A stretch of 64,000 bases of DNA, taken from Patellaria atrata CBS 101060 (Eukaryota). The position numbers and the translations under genes are program-made. This document shows, piece after piece, positions 38,503 through 50,083 of the stretch; the first letter of the stretch is position 1; each line of letters starts with the position of its first letter. A model generated the notes under the pieces. The model saw only the letters and a program-made list of their open reading frames with translations. It was not told the DNA's origin and did no database searches. Location of the stretch: NCBI GenBank assembly GCA_010093705.1, contig MU006089.1:3188061-3252060 (forward strand), read 5' to 3'.

Positions 38503-40258
38503 ATGAATTCACTTGATGCAGATGCTCTTGCTGAGCGACTCAAGGGGGAAATGCGGGATTACTGGCTGCATATCGAAGCAGACTCCCCCCTGGAGAAGTA
38601 CCCAGGTATGGTCTTCCTTTGAGGTACAGTGCACTTGGACCTTTGAACCTGATGTAATCTAGCGAAACATCACGCTCAAAGAGTAGCTGAGCGATTGAAT
38701 GTTGACAACGGCTTAATATACCTACCTGGTATGCCAACTATTCTGCTACCAGATAGCGATCAACCTCAGCCATTTAGGCAGCTCCGATACTTCTACTATT
38801 TGAGCGGGTACATATGAGCGCTTTTCGAACCTATCACTTAAGTACTAACTTCTTTATAGCGTAAACGAGCCTGACTGTCATATCACATATGATATCTCTC
38901 GGGATATCCTAACCCTATGGATTCCAGAAATCACCCCCAGACAAGTGATCTGGTTCGGTCGCGGTTCCACTATAGCTGAAGCATTCGAAAAGTATGATGT
39001 TGACGATGTCGGTTATTCATCCGAAGTTGACCAATTCTTGGGGGACTGGTTGAAAGAATCCACAGGCAAGATTTATACATTGCACCAGTACTGTCAAACG
39101 TCTAGCAGACATGATTCCACATCTCTAAAGCCTGCGATGGACGCATGTCGCGTTATCAAGACTCCTGATGAAATTAATCTTATCAAACGTGCTAACGAAA
39201 TCACTGCTCATGCTCACAAGGCTGTGTTATCAAACATATCATCATTCAGGAATGAAACCGAGGTCGAAGCAGTATTTCTTGACGCCTGCATATCCGAGGG
39301 CGCGAAGCACCAAGCGTACAAAATCATCGCCGCGTCTGGGGAGAATGCAAGCACCTTGCACTACGTTAAGAACGATGAACCCTTAGAGGGTCGTCAATTG
39401 ATGTGTCTAGATGCAGGTTGCGAATGGCATTGTTACGCGAGTGATGTTACAAGAACTTTTCCATTCTCCGATTCATGGCCGTCCGCTGAGGGGAAGAACA
39501 TATATGACCTGGTCTCAGAAATCCAACGTGTGTGCATTGCTAATCTCAAGCCCGGGGTGCGATTCTTCGATGTGCATATTCTAGCTCATCGAAAAGTCAT
39601 CAGTGGATTGAAACAACTAGGTATCTTTCATAATGGTACGGATCTCGAAATATTCATGGCTGGAACTTCTTTGGCCTTTTTCCCGCATGGCCTCGGGCAT
39701 CATGTTGGTCTTGAGGTACATGATGTATCTGATGTTCCGCTTATGGCAATGGATGTGCAATGCGGTATACCGGTTTACAAGCCAGATATGTGCAAATCCC
39801 CGGTCCATCCAAGTAGTGGTGCTCTTAGAGAAGGTATGGTGGTAACCGTTGAGCCGGGCATGTAAGTCTTCCAATTTTCCACATACTTTTAAGTGATGAA
39901 CTAACCATACAGATACTTTTCTCGCTATGCGTTGAGCACGGTTTATCTCCCGTCTCCAATTCATTCAAAATACATCAATAAGGATGTGTTGGTGAAGTAT
40001 CTACCTGTCGGGGGTGTTCGTATTGAGGATGACATTTTAATCACTGCCAATGGCCATGAAAACCTTACAACTGCTCCTAAGGGTGATGAAATGCTGCAGA
40101 TTATCAGAAGTGGGATGAAAAATGGTTTTAATGGAAAAGAACGAGTTATGGCCTCCGGAAACCGTCCTAGACGGTCCATTCCGGACTTTGAGCTCTTACC
40201 TCATCCTACAAACCAACAGAGCAGGACTTTTTCGCAGATCTTTAATCTTCCACAGTAA
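38503..40258 (+). CDS. Xaa-Pro aminopeptidase / prolidase (M24B)
   Basis: [53 protein letters not shown] and GGVRIEDD motifs; 3 introns. Confidence 0.93.
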
Positions 40259-41319
40259 CGCCCGTTGCTCGCGTTGTCCCATCTCCTCATAGGATTCCGC
40301 CTAAATTACCTACGTATCGCCGAAATCTTACGCCCGTGGTTTCAGCATTGGATTCGGGTTTTGCCCGGGGAAAATGTCTCTACATGACGCCATCAAATAT
40401 GGGAAATAATAAATGCCCCGATAAAGAATCGCCATATTCCTCGATTACCAGTAAATTTGATTTGTTACAGCTCTCAGAAACAGTATCTGACTTTGATGAG
40501 AATTGTTATCAGTACCCGCAGCAAACTGTCGAGACTTTCAGCTGTTCTGGTAGTCTCTTCAAGTCACGAAATTTTCAGGAAGCTCCTTTCTATCCATCAT
40601 CTATTTCAAGGTGTAGTGGAAGTCGCGCTAACACTAATACAGATACCAGTACTGTAGAACCACAATCAGACGGGGTCTCAGAGATAGTGGACCCGGTTAT
40701 CCGGTGTCCGGGAAGTTGGAATGAGGAGCTCATTGCTACCAACCATTGTGGACCGAACAAGTTTGTCTTCAGGGAAGGGTGCTCTCAAGAAATTCCCGGC
40801 AGGAACAGTCGGTTTTACGAGTAGAAGATCCAGCCCGCATCCCCTCTTTAATGAATCTTGAAAACGAATACACCCAGGATGCCATCCCGATTATATCCAG
40901 CGAAGACCGAATCATAGATTAGAGGAGCCACTGCATTTTCGGCTTACGTGTCGTCCGTTGGGGAGCTGCACGCGGAGTTAGCGGGTTTGCTCTTATTTCG
41001 GTTTACGTTATACCATTCGCTGTAATGATTTGCATATGGGATAGGAATTGGTGTAATGTAGTATATCTTCGTAGTATAGCATTTTAGAACTCTTTAGGTC
41101 GGATAGATTTGTAAATATGAAAGTTGGTGTTTTCTCGGAACAAAAGCCTAGTGAACCTTGATGGAACAAAATTTCTGCACGTCTTTAATTACAAACTGTT
41201 CTCTCAATCCGACCTCCTTTAATGATATAGTGCTTAGTCTAATTGAGGATAGAACTTCCCCCGCCACTATTCAACATCTGCAAGCTAACCGAATTTGCTC
41301 CTTATTTTTTTTTATCTAA

Positions 41320-43238
41320 ATGATGCATGAAATTGTCACTTTACAATTCGGACCGCAGAGTAATTATCTTGGTACCCATTTCTGGAACACTCAGGTATGA
41401 AGACGGTTTTGTTCGCTCCTCTCTGAGGCCTTGCAATGAGGCTTATTCCCATCATTTCCATTTTGAAATTATCTTCCGCATACTCTATCTTCATAGCTTC
41501 CACCAGCTAGACTATCCCGTAGCTATTTTCGAAATGAAGGATTCAGAGCTCTAATAAAATATAGGATTCCTATTTTACATATGCGAACCAACTAGAGTCT
41601 CCCGTCAACCATGACATTCATTTCCAGCCCGGGATCGGCGCTGATGGATCAGAAACATTCACGCCGAGAACCGTAATCTATGATATCAAGACATCTTTTG
41701 GAAGTCTGAGGAGAGAAAATGCGCTTTACGAACTGCAGGAAGAAGAATCTAGCAGAGCTGGTCCAGCAAGAGAAGTATGGTATGTGCTTTTTTGAGTATC
41801 TAGATCATATTACCGGCACCGTGAATTTTCCTTTGCTGTTCGAGTTTCTATACCTGTCTGTATATTGAAGGAGTTATAATATTAAGGGAGATAAAATCTG
41901 AGGTTATGTAGGAACGGTCCAACGACAATACAGACACTCCCGTCCGTCCCATTGAACGCCTATCAGGCACACATTGACTCTGGCCTCCTTTCTCCACCAC
42001 CAACTCTCACTACTTCTTCGGTCCGTTTTTGGTCTGATTACACTCACCTTTTCTACCATCCGCGTTCGCTGGTTCCTCTCACGCTTCTTCAGCCCCAGAT
42101 AACTTCCCACAGTTCGACTGAGCCCGTAGTTGACCCGTTTGAAACGTGGGATGCGGGTCTAGATCTCTTCAAGCATCTCAACCAAGATGAAGATATACTG
42201 GACCGTGACCTACGCCCTTTCATCGAGGAAGCAGATGCTCTCCAAGCAGTGCAAATCCTCTCGCAGCCACAGGACGGCTGGGGTGCCTTCGCATCGCAAT
42301 ATGTAGAGCGAGTGCGGGATGAGGTTGGCAAGGTGGGAATCTGGATCTGGGGTCTCGAATTCGAAGCTGCAGCGACTCGGGAGACGCGTGTCCAGCAGCT
42401 TGCTAATAAAGCACGATCTCTTATCGAGTTCACAACACATGCCAACGTATACATCCCGCTATCATCGCACGCTACCTCCAGATCACCGCATTATCTGGAC
42501 TTGAATAGGAGCTCGAGATGGCACACCGCTGCCCTCCAGGCCACAGCTCTCGAGACAGCTACACTTCCTTCTCATCTACACTCGACGGATGATAGTACGC
42601 GTGGACGATTAGATGATCTCGAACTTACCTTCACTAACAATGGCACCCGGAAGATCGGCGCGGTATCCCTGAGCGTCTCCAACGCTTCTTCTCTCGAGGC
42701 CCGGAACCCGAGCACGAACGGCCACACCGGAGGACCTCGTGACCCACGCACTCGGAATGGTGTCGACGAGCTTCTAGCACCGCACGAAGTAACAGACCTC
42801 GACATATCGCTCCTCGGCCTCGAAGTACCGACGCTGGGTAGGCGACGCAGAGGAAGTTCTTATATCTTCGGCGCTGCCGAGGTTTTCCGAGGCGCATGGC
42901 ACTCGGTCTATCAGCGCGAATATGATAATCTCGGAGTTCGGGAGCGGCACAGCACTGGACCAACGATCCAGCGGTACCATTCCTCTTTGCTTTTCCCACA
43001 GCTGACGAGCTTCCCTCGCATCTTCGACCTAGGGCGGAGAGAAGAGCAGTACGCGGTGAAAACGTCTGTGGCAGCGTCGTCAACAGTTTCAGAAAGAATA
43101 CGGGACTTGAATGCGTTGGTGGGAAGGATTGTTGGGGTGGAAGAGAGGGAGGCAATGGGCGAAAGTTTAGGAAGGCTTGCGGAGGAGTACGTGGAGGGGT
43201 GGGAAGGGAGTGACGGAAGTGAGGATGATGATATATAG
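41320..43238 (+). CDS. DML1: Dml1/Misato tubulin-like protein
   Basis: [31 protein letters not shown] and [13 protein letters not shown] motifs; 2 introns. Confidence 0.93.
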
Positions 43239-44655
43239 GGATATTTTGCATTTGAATCATTTCATTCCTGATAGAACTATGAACCAGTTCAGACGGTAGT
43301 AATAATTCGTGAGTCCCGAAGAATGGAACGAATAGAGAACTCAGCGCCCTTAATGGAAGCTAATTGAATAGTAGCGAGCAACAATGCTGTAACTGTGCCG
43401 AAGAGGTAGTTGCATCGCTGCTCTTTACATACACCGTTTCATTCTGTTGTTGATGAGCGTATCCCCAGAATAGTAACCGCTTACTAACAAAATTCCCTTG
43501 GTAAGCTTCTTTATTGCGGCTCTAATAACTTTCCCGGAATTAGAGTATTCATCGAGGATCTAGACATTTAATCCCATGGTCAAAGCTTGAAACTCTGGTA
43601 ATTAGTGCTGATGTTTGAAAAGGCTCGACATGACCGCGCCGCCGCAAGGCCATTACAAGATACCCCCTCGTGCCCCTTAGTAGTTCGACTAATGGACAGC
43701 TATGTCTGAGATAACATAATCCTCACTGGACGTTTGATAGGAAACTTCTTTGAATGTACATTGTCCTACAAAATTAAGAATAAACGGTGCAGAAGATGAG
43801 TCTTAAGATCAGAACGGTGTTGCATACTAGGAAAGTGAATCATATTTACTGATTATTTGTTCGCAAGGAGAGTACCGAATGTCAATCATCATCTATAGAT
43901 GTTGAAGCCGTTACTGTACTGTATCAAGAGACGTCGAAAAAGAGTTGCAGAGATTTGATTGTTGTTGCTGGTTTCTTGGCTCGAGTTTGGTAAGCGCGCT
44001 TTTCGAAGGTATATTTTTAGGATGGAAGCGCCACGACTCCCAATTCTCAACCTCAACCTCATCCTCCTTCTTCTCTCTAACACTGCCAGGTAGCAAACGG
44101 CGTAGTCACCGTCTCTTTGTTACCAACCAAAACCGAACCAGGAACAACAGTGTTTAGAACTTGTAACCATCGGAAGAGTCAAAGCCGACGGTACCTCTGC
44201 ACCCGTGAAACAGTACATCCAATCAAAGATTTGATGTTTCAACTCCTTATGGCTGTGCTGCTCAGACGAGATCCCGTCTGATTGGACATCGTGAAAACAA
44301 GCATAAATTAAGCATATCCTGCAGGTACAGTAATTCTGAGCACTCATACTATTCCTGGGAGTGACTGAGATTTCTTTATAATCAAATCTTAGCCTGCCAT
44401 GTCAGCTCCTTGTGCGGCAGGAGCCCCATAGACCATATCCAAGAGCATTCACCGCGCCTCAAAACGGACGGTACGGTTCCGACCACGAGTGAGTAAGATA
44501 TAATGGTCTCTTTTCTGCTACAGTATTGTTATTTGTACAGTAATCGTTTCTGCTTTCCTTTCTTTGGTACATCCATCTCCTGTTCATTATCACACCCTCG
44601 TTCAGAGAAGTACATAACAGAGTCTAATCCAAGATTATTGTTTTATTTTGCTGCA

Positions 44656-46186
44656 ATGAGATTCTCTATATCCGTCATTATCGGCGGACTCCTTTCTATC
44701 GCATCTGCAGAAAGGACTGTTACTAAGACTATATATGTTACCGGGCCCCCTCCTACAGGCTCTAACCCTACGCCAGTTGCACATAATGTCCAACATGGCG
44801 CCGTTGTGACTCCCCCGACTGGACCTCATTCCTCACATTGGACGAACGATGGGACAGTCACTTCTGTCCGAGTGAATATCAAACATGACTCAACTTATCT
44901 CCCGTCTCCAGGAACATATACCGACCCATATAGGCCCAACCACAGCATTAGTATGAATGCAGCGGAGTGGTCTTCTAAAAGAGGCTGGACTACGGTAAGA
45001 ATCTTTGCTAATTGATACTGTCTCTCTCAGACTAACGTTGCATATACAGCTCTCAAAATCATACCAGACAGTGTACGCCTTCACTGCAGGAGGAGCTGCC
45101 ACTCACACTGGTGTCGAAGCAATCTATCAGGGTGTTCATTTTATTTCTGTCCACATCGTTGTCATCGTCGAGGTATCACCTGATACATACTCCGTAAAAT
45201 CGACTGTGTCGGGTACTCCAGTCTTCACCCCACACTACCAGACCACATACCCAGCCTCTGACCAGACTGGTGACGAGCGTCCTGCAGCTGCAACCCATAC
45301 CGTACAGTTGCGTGCTGACAATGGTGTTGTTCGTTTCGTTCCTGATCATATTAATGGCGCCGAGGTCGACGATGTAGTCAACTTTGTCTTTCTCGTCCGT
45401 GAGCACTCTGCAACACAATCGACGTTCGAAACCCCTTGCACCCCTCTAGACGAAGGTTTCGACTCCGGCCTCGTTTCCAACACAGGTAACATCACCTCCC
45501 CAGAATTCACCCAATCCTTCACCGTCGCCAGCGTCGAGAAACCCCTCTGGTTCTACTGCAAGCAGAAACAGGCCAACCACTGCGGCCAAGGTATGGTCTT
45601 CGGCATCAACCCGGGCAACTTGATGGGTCAATTCATCAACAACGCCAAAGTGCAGAACGGCGCCCTCGTCACCCTTCCTCCCCCAGCAGCCACCCCTACA
45701 ACGGCAGCTACCAGCACTTGCTGCTCCGCCACCGCTACACAAACAGTCACGGTATCCGGCGGCCTCGCCAACGGCGTCAACACCCTTCAGTTCTCTCCAC
45801 CCTTCCTGAGACACGCCAAAAAGAATACCCACATTAAATTCGACTTCCGCCGGCTAAACCACACCCTGACCGAGTCAACCCTGCACAACCCCTGCAAAGC
45901 AAAGGCCGAAGGCTTCGACAGCGGCTTCAATTTCTTCAACGAGAACGACGTCCCCGGCTCCAAGCTGCTGGATTTCCTCGTCAATACTGAGGACGACGTG
46001 CCGAGATGGTTTTATTGCAGGCAGGCAAATGGCACGCCTAATGGACACTGTAGTAATGGGATGGTGTTTGCGTTTAATGTCAATGAGGAGGAGTTTGAGG
46101 AATTTCAGCGGAATGCGAATGCGACGTTGGAGGATGTGCCGGCGGCGAGGAGCAAGAGGGGGTATGCGAGGTTTTATGAGGCGTGA
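44656..46186 (+). CDS. Secreted protein with two cupredoxin domains
   Basis: Signal peptide MRFSISVIIGG; one intron; two H..PC..GFDSG..WFYC.Q..HC..GMVF..N units. Confidence 0.85.
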
Positions 46187-46888
46187 GAGCTGTACATTTT
46201 CGTTGGTTCAATTGATATCTGTCGAAGAGCATGTGCGGTGCAAATAATGTGTGTATTTAGGGTGTTGGAAAACTTCATTCGTGATGTTTTGGCGTTCCGG
46301 TCTTTAGTTCTGCGTTTGAACGTTCTATCTCGATTTGCAATAAATGATTATCTTTCTGGGTTCCATTTATACAGTACGAGTAGAGATAGGGTTGTAGACT
46401 CCCACGTTCAATGCTTCCGGTATCGTTACTGCGAAATGAAAAGTTTGATTCGAAGGAATTTGATAACTATCAGTCCTAGACTAGTGACATATTGCTAGCA
46501 ACACATATTACAAAGAATGGACAATCGAGGCTCTGAAATCGGTAGCTTATATTAGCTTCTCCAAAATCCTCTTCATAATCATCTACGATGGCGCAGTAAT
46601 AAGATTCCCAATCTGAACTCCCTTTTCCAGGCCTTTGGTACTCTCCTGCAACCCTCAATTAGGGGTTCCTTCCTCGGTAGCGGTTTGATTACTTCCGACC
46701 CTCCTTAAAAGCTGTCTGACGGCTCGATTAAAAGCTATTGTAGTGACCAAAAGTATTCAGCCGTCTCAATCAAAGAACAAGATCATCTTCAGGGGGTTCC
46801 TTTTCGTCCTAGTGGGTTTCATTAGGGGTAGTACGTAATAGAAGCATTTTATAGATTGGAATGCGCATAATCTTGAGCTTCAATTTCT

Positions 46889-47983
46889 TCATCCCATGAG
46901 CTGTAATTGATCGTCCGGTGGCCACCTCGTCTGGGCAAAGCTCAAACATCGTTTAATGCTCTGCAAGTACTTCCGGGTCACCTCATCGCTCATGATATGT
47001 GCAGCATTCTTATCGCTCTCATGGAGTTTCTCGCGAGCAGAACGTTCGTGGATACCAACCATAGTAACACCAATAGGCCATGCTGCTTTTCCAATACTAA
47101 GCGTCAGATACCCATCGTTGGCATCCACATATCTTCTCTCCTGACTTGCCCTGACAATCTCTACAACGGGATCCAAGATCCCATCATCCAGCTCCCCTTT
47201 CTCCAATTTCCTGAAGAATGGTATCATATTATCTCTCGCTTGTACCATAGCATTGAATGCGGCCTTGCCCTGAAAACTTGTCTTCACATCATCCAGTCGT
47301 CTGGCCATTGCGATGGCCCACTCTCTGAACACCATATCAAAATAACTTGCGAGCTGCCTAAAGAGAAACTTCCTTCCCTCCGCATCTTTAGGTACCTTGG
47401 TAGGGACCTTCATATCCTTCTCAAATACAAGTTCCAGCGTCGTGGGTATTGGACCATCGCTCATCTTGGGCTTAAGCGCGATGCCCATGATCTTTTTATA
47501 TCTGCGTAATCGCTGCTTATGCATCTCCCCAAACAACCGCGCCGGCTCCCCTAGCTCTCGTAGCTTGGCTATCAACTCATCATCCGCAATATCCTCGTCC
47601 TCGGGGACAGGGGTACCATCCTCTTCCGCATTTTTGCTCTTAGGAGGCAAGTCTGCTAGCCCTAGCCGTTTCCTCCTCGCTCTTTCTTCAGCTTCCTCCT
47701 CCTCTTCACGCCTCAGTCGGGATTCCTCAGCTAAACGCCGCTTCTTCTCCTCACGGACGGCAGCTTTTTCTAGTTCCTCATCCTCAAGTTTGCGTTTCTT
47801 TTCGAGGCGTTCCAGCCGCTGTTTCTCGAGTGCTTCCTGTTCGGCGAGATAGGCCGCTTGCTTTTGGGCTTCTATTTCTGAGCGCTTGAGGTACTTTTTG
47901 GGTGCGGGATCGGAGGAGGAGGTGGTCTTTGGGGGGATTTTAGCCTTGGAGATTTGGGATTGCATTAATTTTGCGAAGTCCAT
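46889..47983 (-). CDS. PRP18: Pre-mRNA splicing factor Prp18
   Basis: PRP4-like LRELGEPARLFGE; YL.LSIGKAAWPIGVTMVGIHERSAREK and MSDEVTRKYLQSIKR motifs. Confidence 0.95.
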   Translation of the reverse strand: MDFAKLMQSQISKAKIPPKTTSSSDPAPKKYLKRSEIEAQKQAAYLAEQEALEKQRLERLEKKRKLEDEELEKAAVREEKKRRLAEESRLRREEEEEAEERARRKRLGLADLPPKSKNAEEDGTPVPEDEDIADDELIAKLRELGEPARLFGEMHKQRLRRYKKIMGIALKPKMSDGPIPTTLELVFEKDMKVPTKVPKDAEGRKFLFRQLASYFDMVFREWAIAMARRLDDVKTSFQGKAAFNAMVQARDNMIPFFRKLEKGELDDGILDPVVEIVRASQERRYVDANDGYLTLSIGKAAWPIGVTMVGIHERSAREKLHESDKNAAHIMSDEVTRKYLQSIKRCLSFAQTRWPPDDQLQLMG

Positions 47984-48349
47984 GATTGTAACTCAGTCTT
48001 CTCCTATCTTCTTTAGGTAGAGACTCAAAGTAGTGGATTCAATGTAGTCTCTTCCAAACTCACAAGAATTCTGAAGTGCTTCGCCGCCAACCTGGCGCGA
48101 GAACATGTGGAGACGGAAAATCTTCGGAAGCTTCTGACCTTTGAGCTTCAAATCAGCACAAAAGTTAAACAAAGAACTCAAGTTTACTCCCCGAATTGAA
48201 CGAAAGTATTTCTCTCACTCGTCATGAGAATCACTGATATAAATCTCCTACCACTACAAATGCGCTAACCATATCGTCAACTCCATCACCATAGCATCAA
48301 CCCGCCTTACCACCACTTCTCTTCTACTATCATCGCAGCTACATCCACG

Positions 48350-49102
48350 ATGTCAACCGCCAAAACTGACCGCCAAACCACGACCCCCTTCCTCCTCAAA
48401 CTCTTCTACCGCACCTCCTTCTCTCACAACCCCTCCGAATTTCTCCCACACCTCCCCACGCCGCCTCACCTCCAAATCTACACCTGGCAAACCTGCACCC
48501 TGCGCGAACTAACCCACCTAGTCGCATCGGTACCCTCTCTACTACCTTCACCCGCAATAGGCACCCGCCTCGTCTTTAAACTCATATTCCCCGACACGCG
48601 ACCTCCAGGGGGTGCAGGACGGGGTGGTGGACCAGGCGGAGGCAGAGAGGAGGCGCGGTACATCACCAAGGAGTTGGGAAGTGTGGTCGTCGGAGGTGGA
48701 GGACCCGGTATCAAAGGCGATGACCGGGACACGGAGATGCAGGACGGTGATGCCGCGGGAGGAGGCGAGTTGGACGACCTGTCGGGAGATGCGGAGAAGA
48801 CGCTCGAGTCGGCGCGCTTTGTCATCGGGGATTATGTCTCGTGTGCTATTTATCCGCCCCTACCTAATGGAGATGTTGCACCTGCGGTTCCAGCAGCGGG
48901 TTTCAGGGCCGGGAGGGGAGGAGAGTATGCGGCGCCAAGGGGTGGCGGGATGAATGGGTTTGGAGGTAGGGGAGGGCGTGGTGGACCAAGGCAATTTGAA
49001 GGTGGAAGGGGAAGCATTCCGAGTGGCGAGTGGAGAAGAGGGGAGAGGCTACCGGATACTGGGTACGGAAGGGGAAGAGGGGGTAGGGGTAGGGGATGGT
49101 GA
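48350..49102 (+). CDS. SAP18: Sin3-associated polypeptide SAP18 with RGG-rich tail
   Basis: DRQTTTPFLLKLFY, LQIYTW..TLREL and KTLESARFVIGDYVSCAI motifs. Confidence 0.9.
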   Translation: MSTAKTDRQTTTPFLLKLFYRTSFSHNPSEFLPHLPTPPHLQIYTWQTCTLRELTHLVASVPSLLPSPAIGTRLVFKLIFPDTRPPGGAGRGGGPGGGREEARYITKELGSVVVGGGGPGIKGDDRDTEMQDGDAAGGGELDDLSGDAEKTLESARFVIGDYVSCAIYPPLPNGDVAPAVPAAGFRAGRGGEYAAPRGGGMNGFGGRGGRGGPRQFEGGRGSIPSGEWRRGERLPDTGYGRGRGGRGRGW

Positions 49103-50083
49103 GGGTTTGAGGGTTTGAGGGATTTCTTGGGACGCGAGTTCTATCTATGAGGTGATTAGGGAGGGAAAGCCTCCTTAGAGAGTCATATGAGAGATTCTAG
49201 GAGTGATTGTAAGAGTAATGCATACGTAGCGGGGGGTCAAAATATATTTGAAGATTCTCAGTCTGGCTCGGCCTAGACCATACCCCTTCCCTCGTCCTAG
49301 CACCCTTGCCTTCAATGAGATATCTCCTTAGTCCCGCTGTACAGTACAAGCGCGATATGAGTAGAAGAAGTCGAAGTCCGCATAGTACAAAATAGTTCGG
49401 GAGAAAGCGACCAGGGCAAAGCAGGAGTCGTTAGAATCACTTGAGGCTGTCATTCCTGAATTGCCAAAGTCAGATACGAGATCCCAAATCTTCACAACCT
49501 GGACTAAAGATCGTAGGAAAGGGAATTCACATCGAGCGATACTAAATACCTAATCGAGTTAAAGGTCGTAGAAGAATGATGACTGAGCATGTGAAACTAA
49601 ACCTCCTGACCGTAACTCCGAAGGTATTGTCCGACCACATCCTCATCAAGAGTTCAAGATCACATCCTTCGAACATCCAGCGAATATCGAGCGAACATAG
49701 TCTATGCCTCATCTAGAAGAAGATTAGCCAAAATATGCAGTCTAATCGATTGGCAAATACACCACTTGAATGATGAACAATTAGTGTTAATAGGAGCCAC
49801 AACACCTTCGCACTTAACTCGGTATATGATGCCTTAATCATATTAACCTGTACGGGCGGATTTACGAAAGGACGGCAAATGATGAGAAGAACAAGAGACC
49901 ATGACAACACCATAAACCCCACTCTTACGTCGTTAGTCCTGAACCGAGGTGTAGATTAAGATATCAAAGTAGATAAAAGCACACGGTCTCCCTGCGATTC
50001 AGCTCATTAAAACTCAATCGAGAGTACAATAGGCTTTACGCTTTTTACTTCTGTATCAGTTTTAAGTAAAAGGAAACTCTAAG

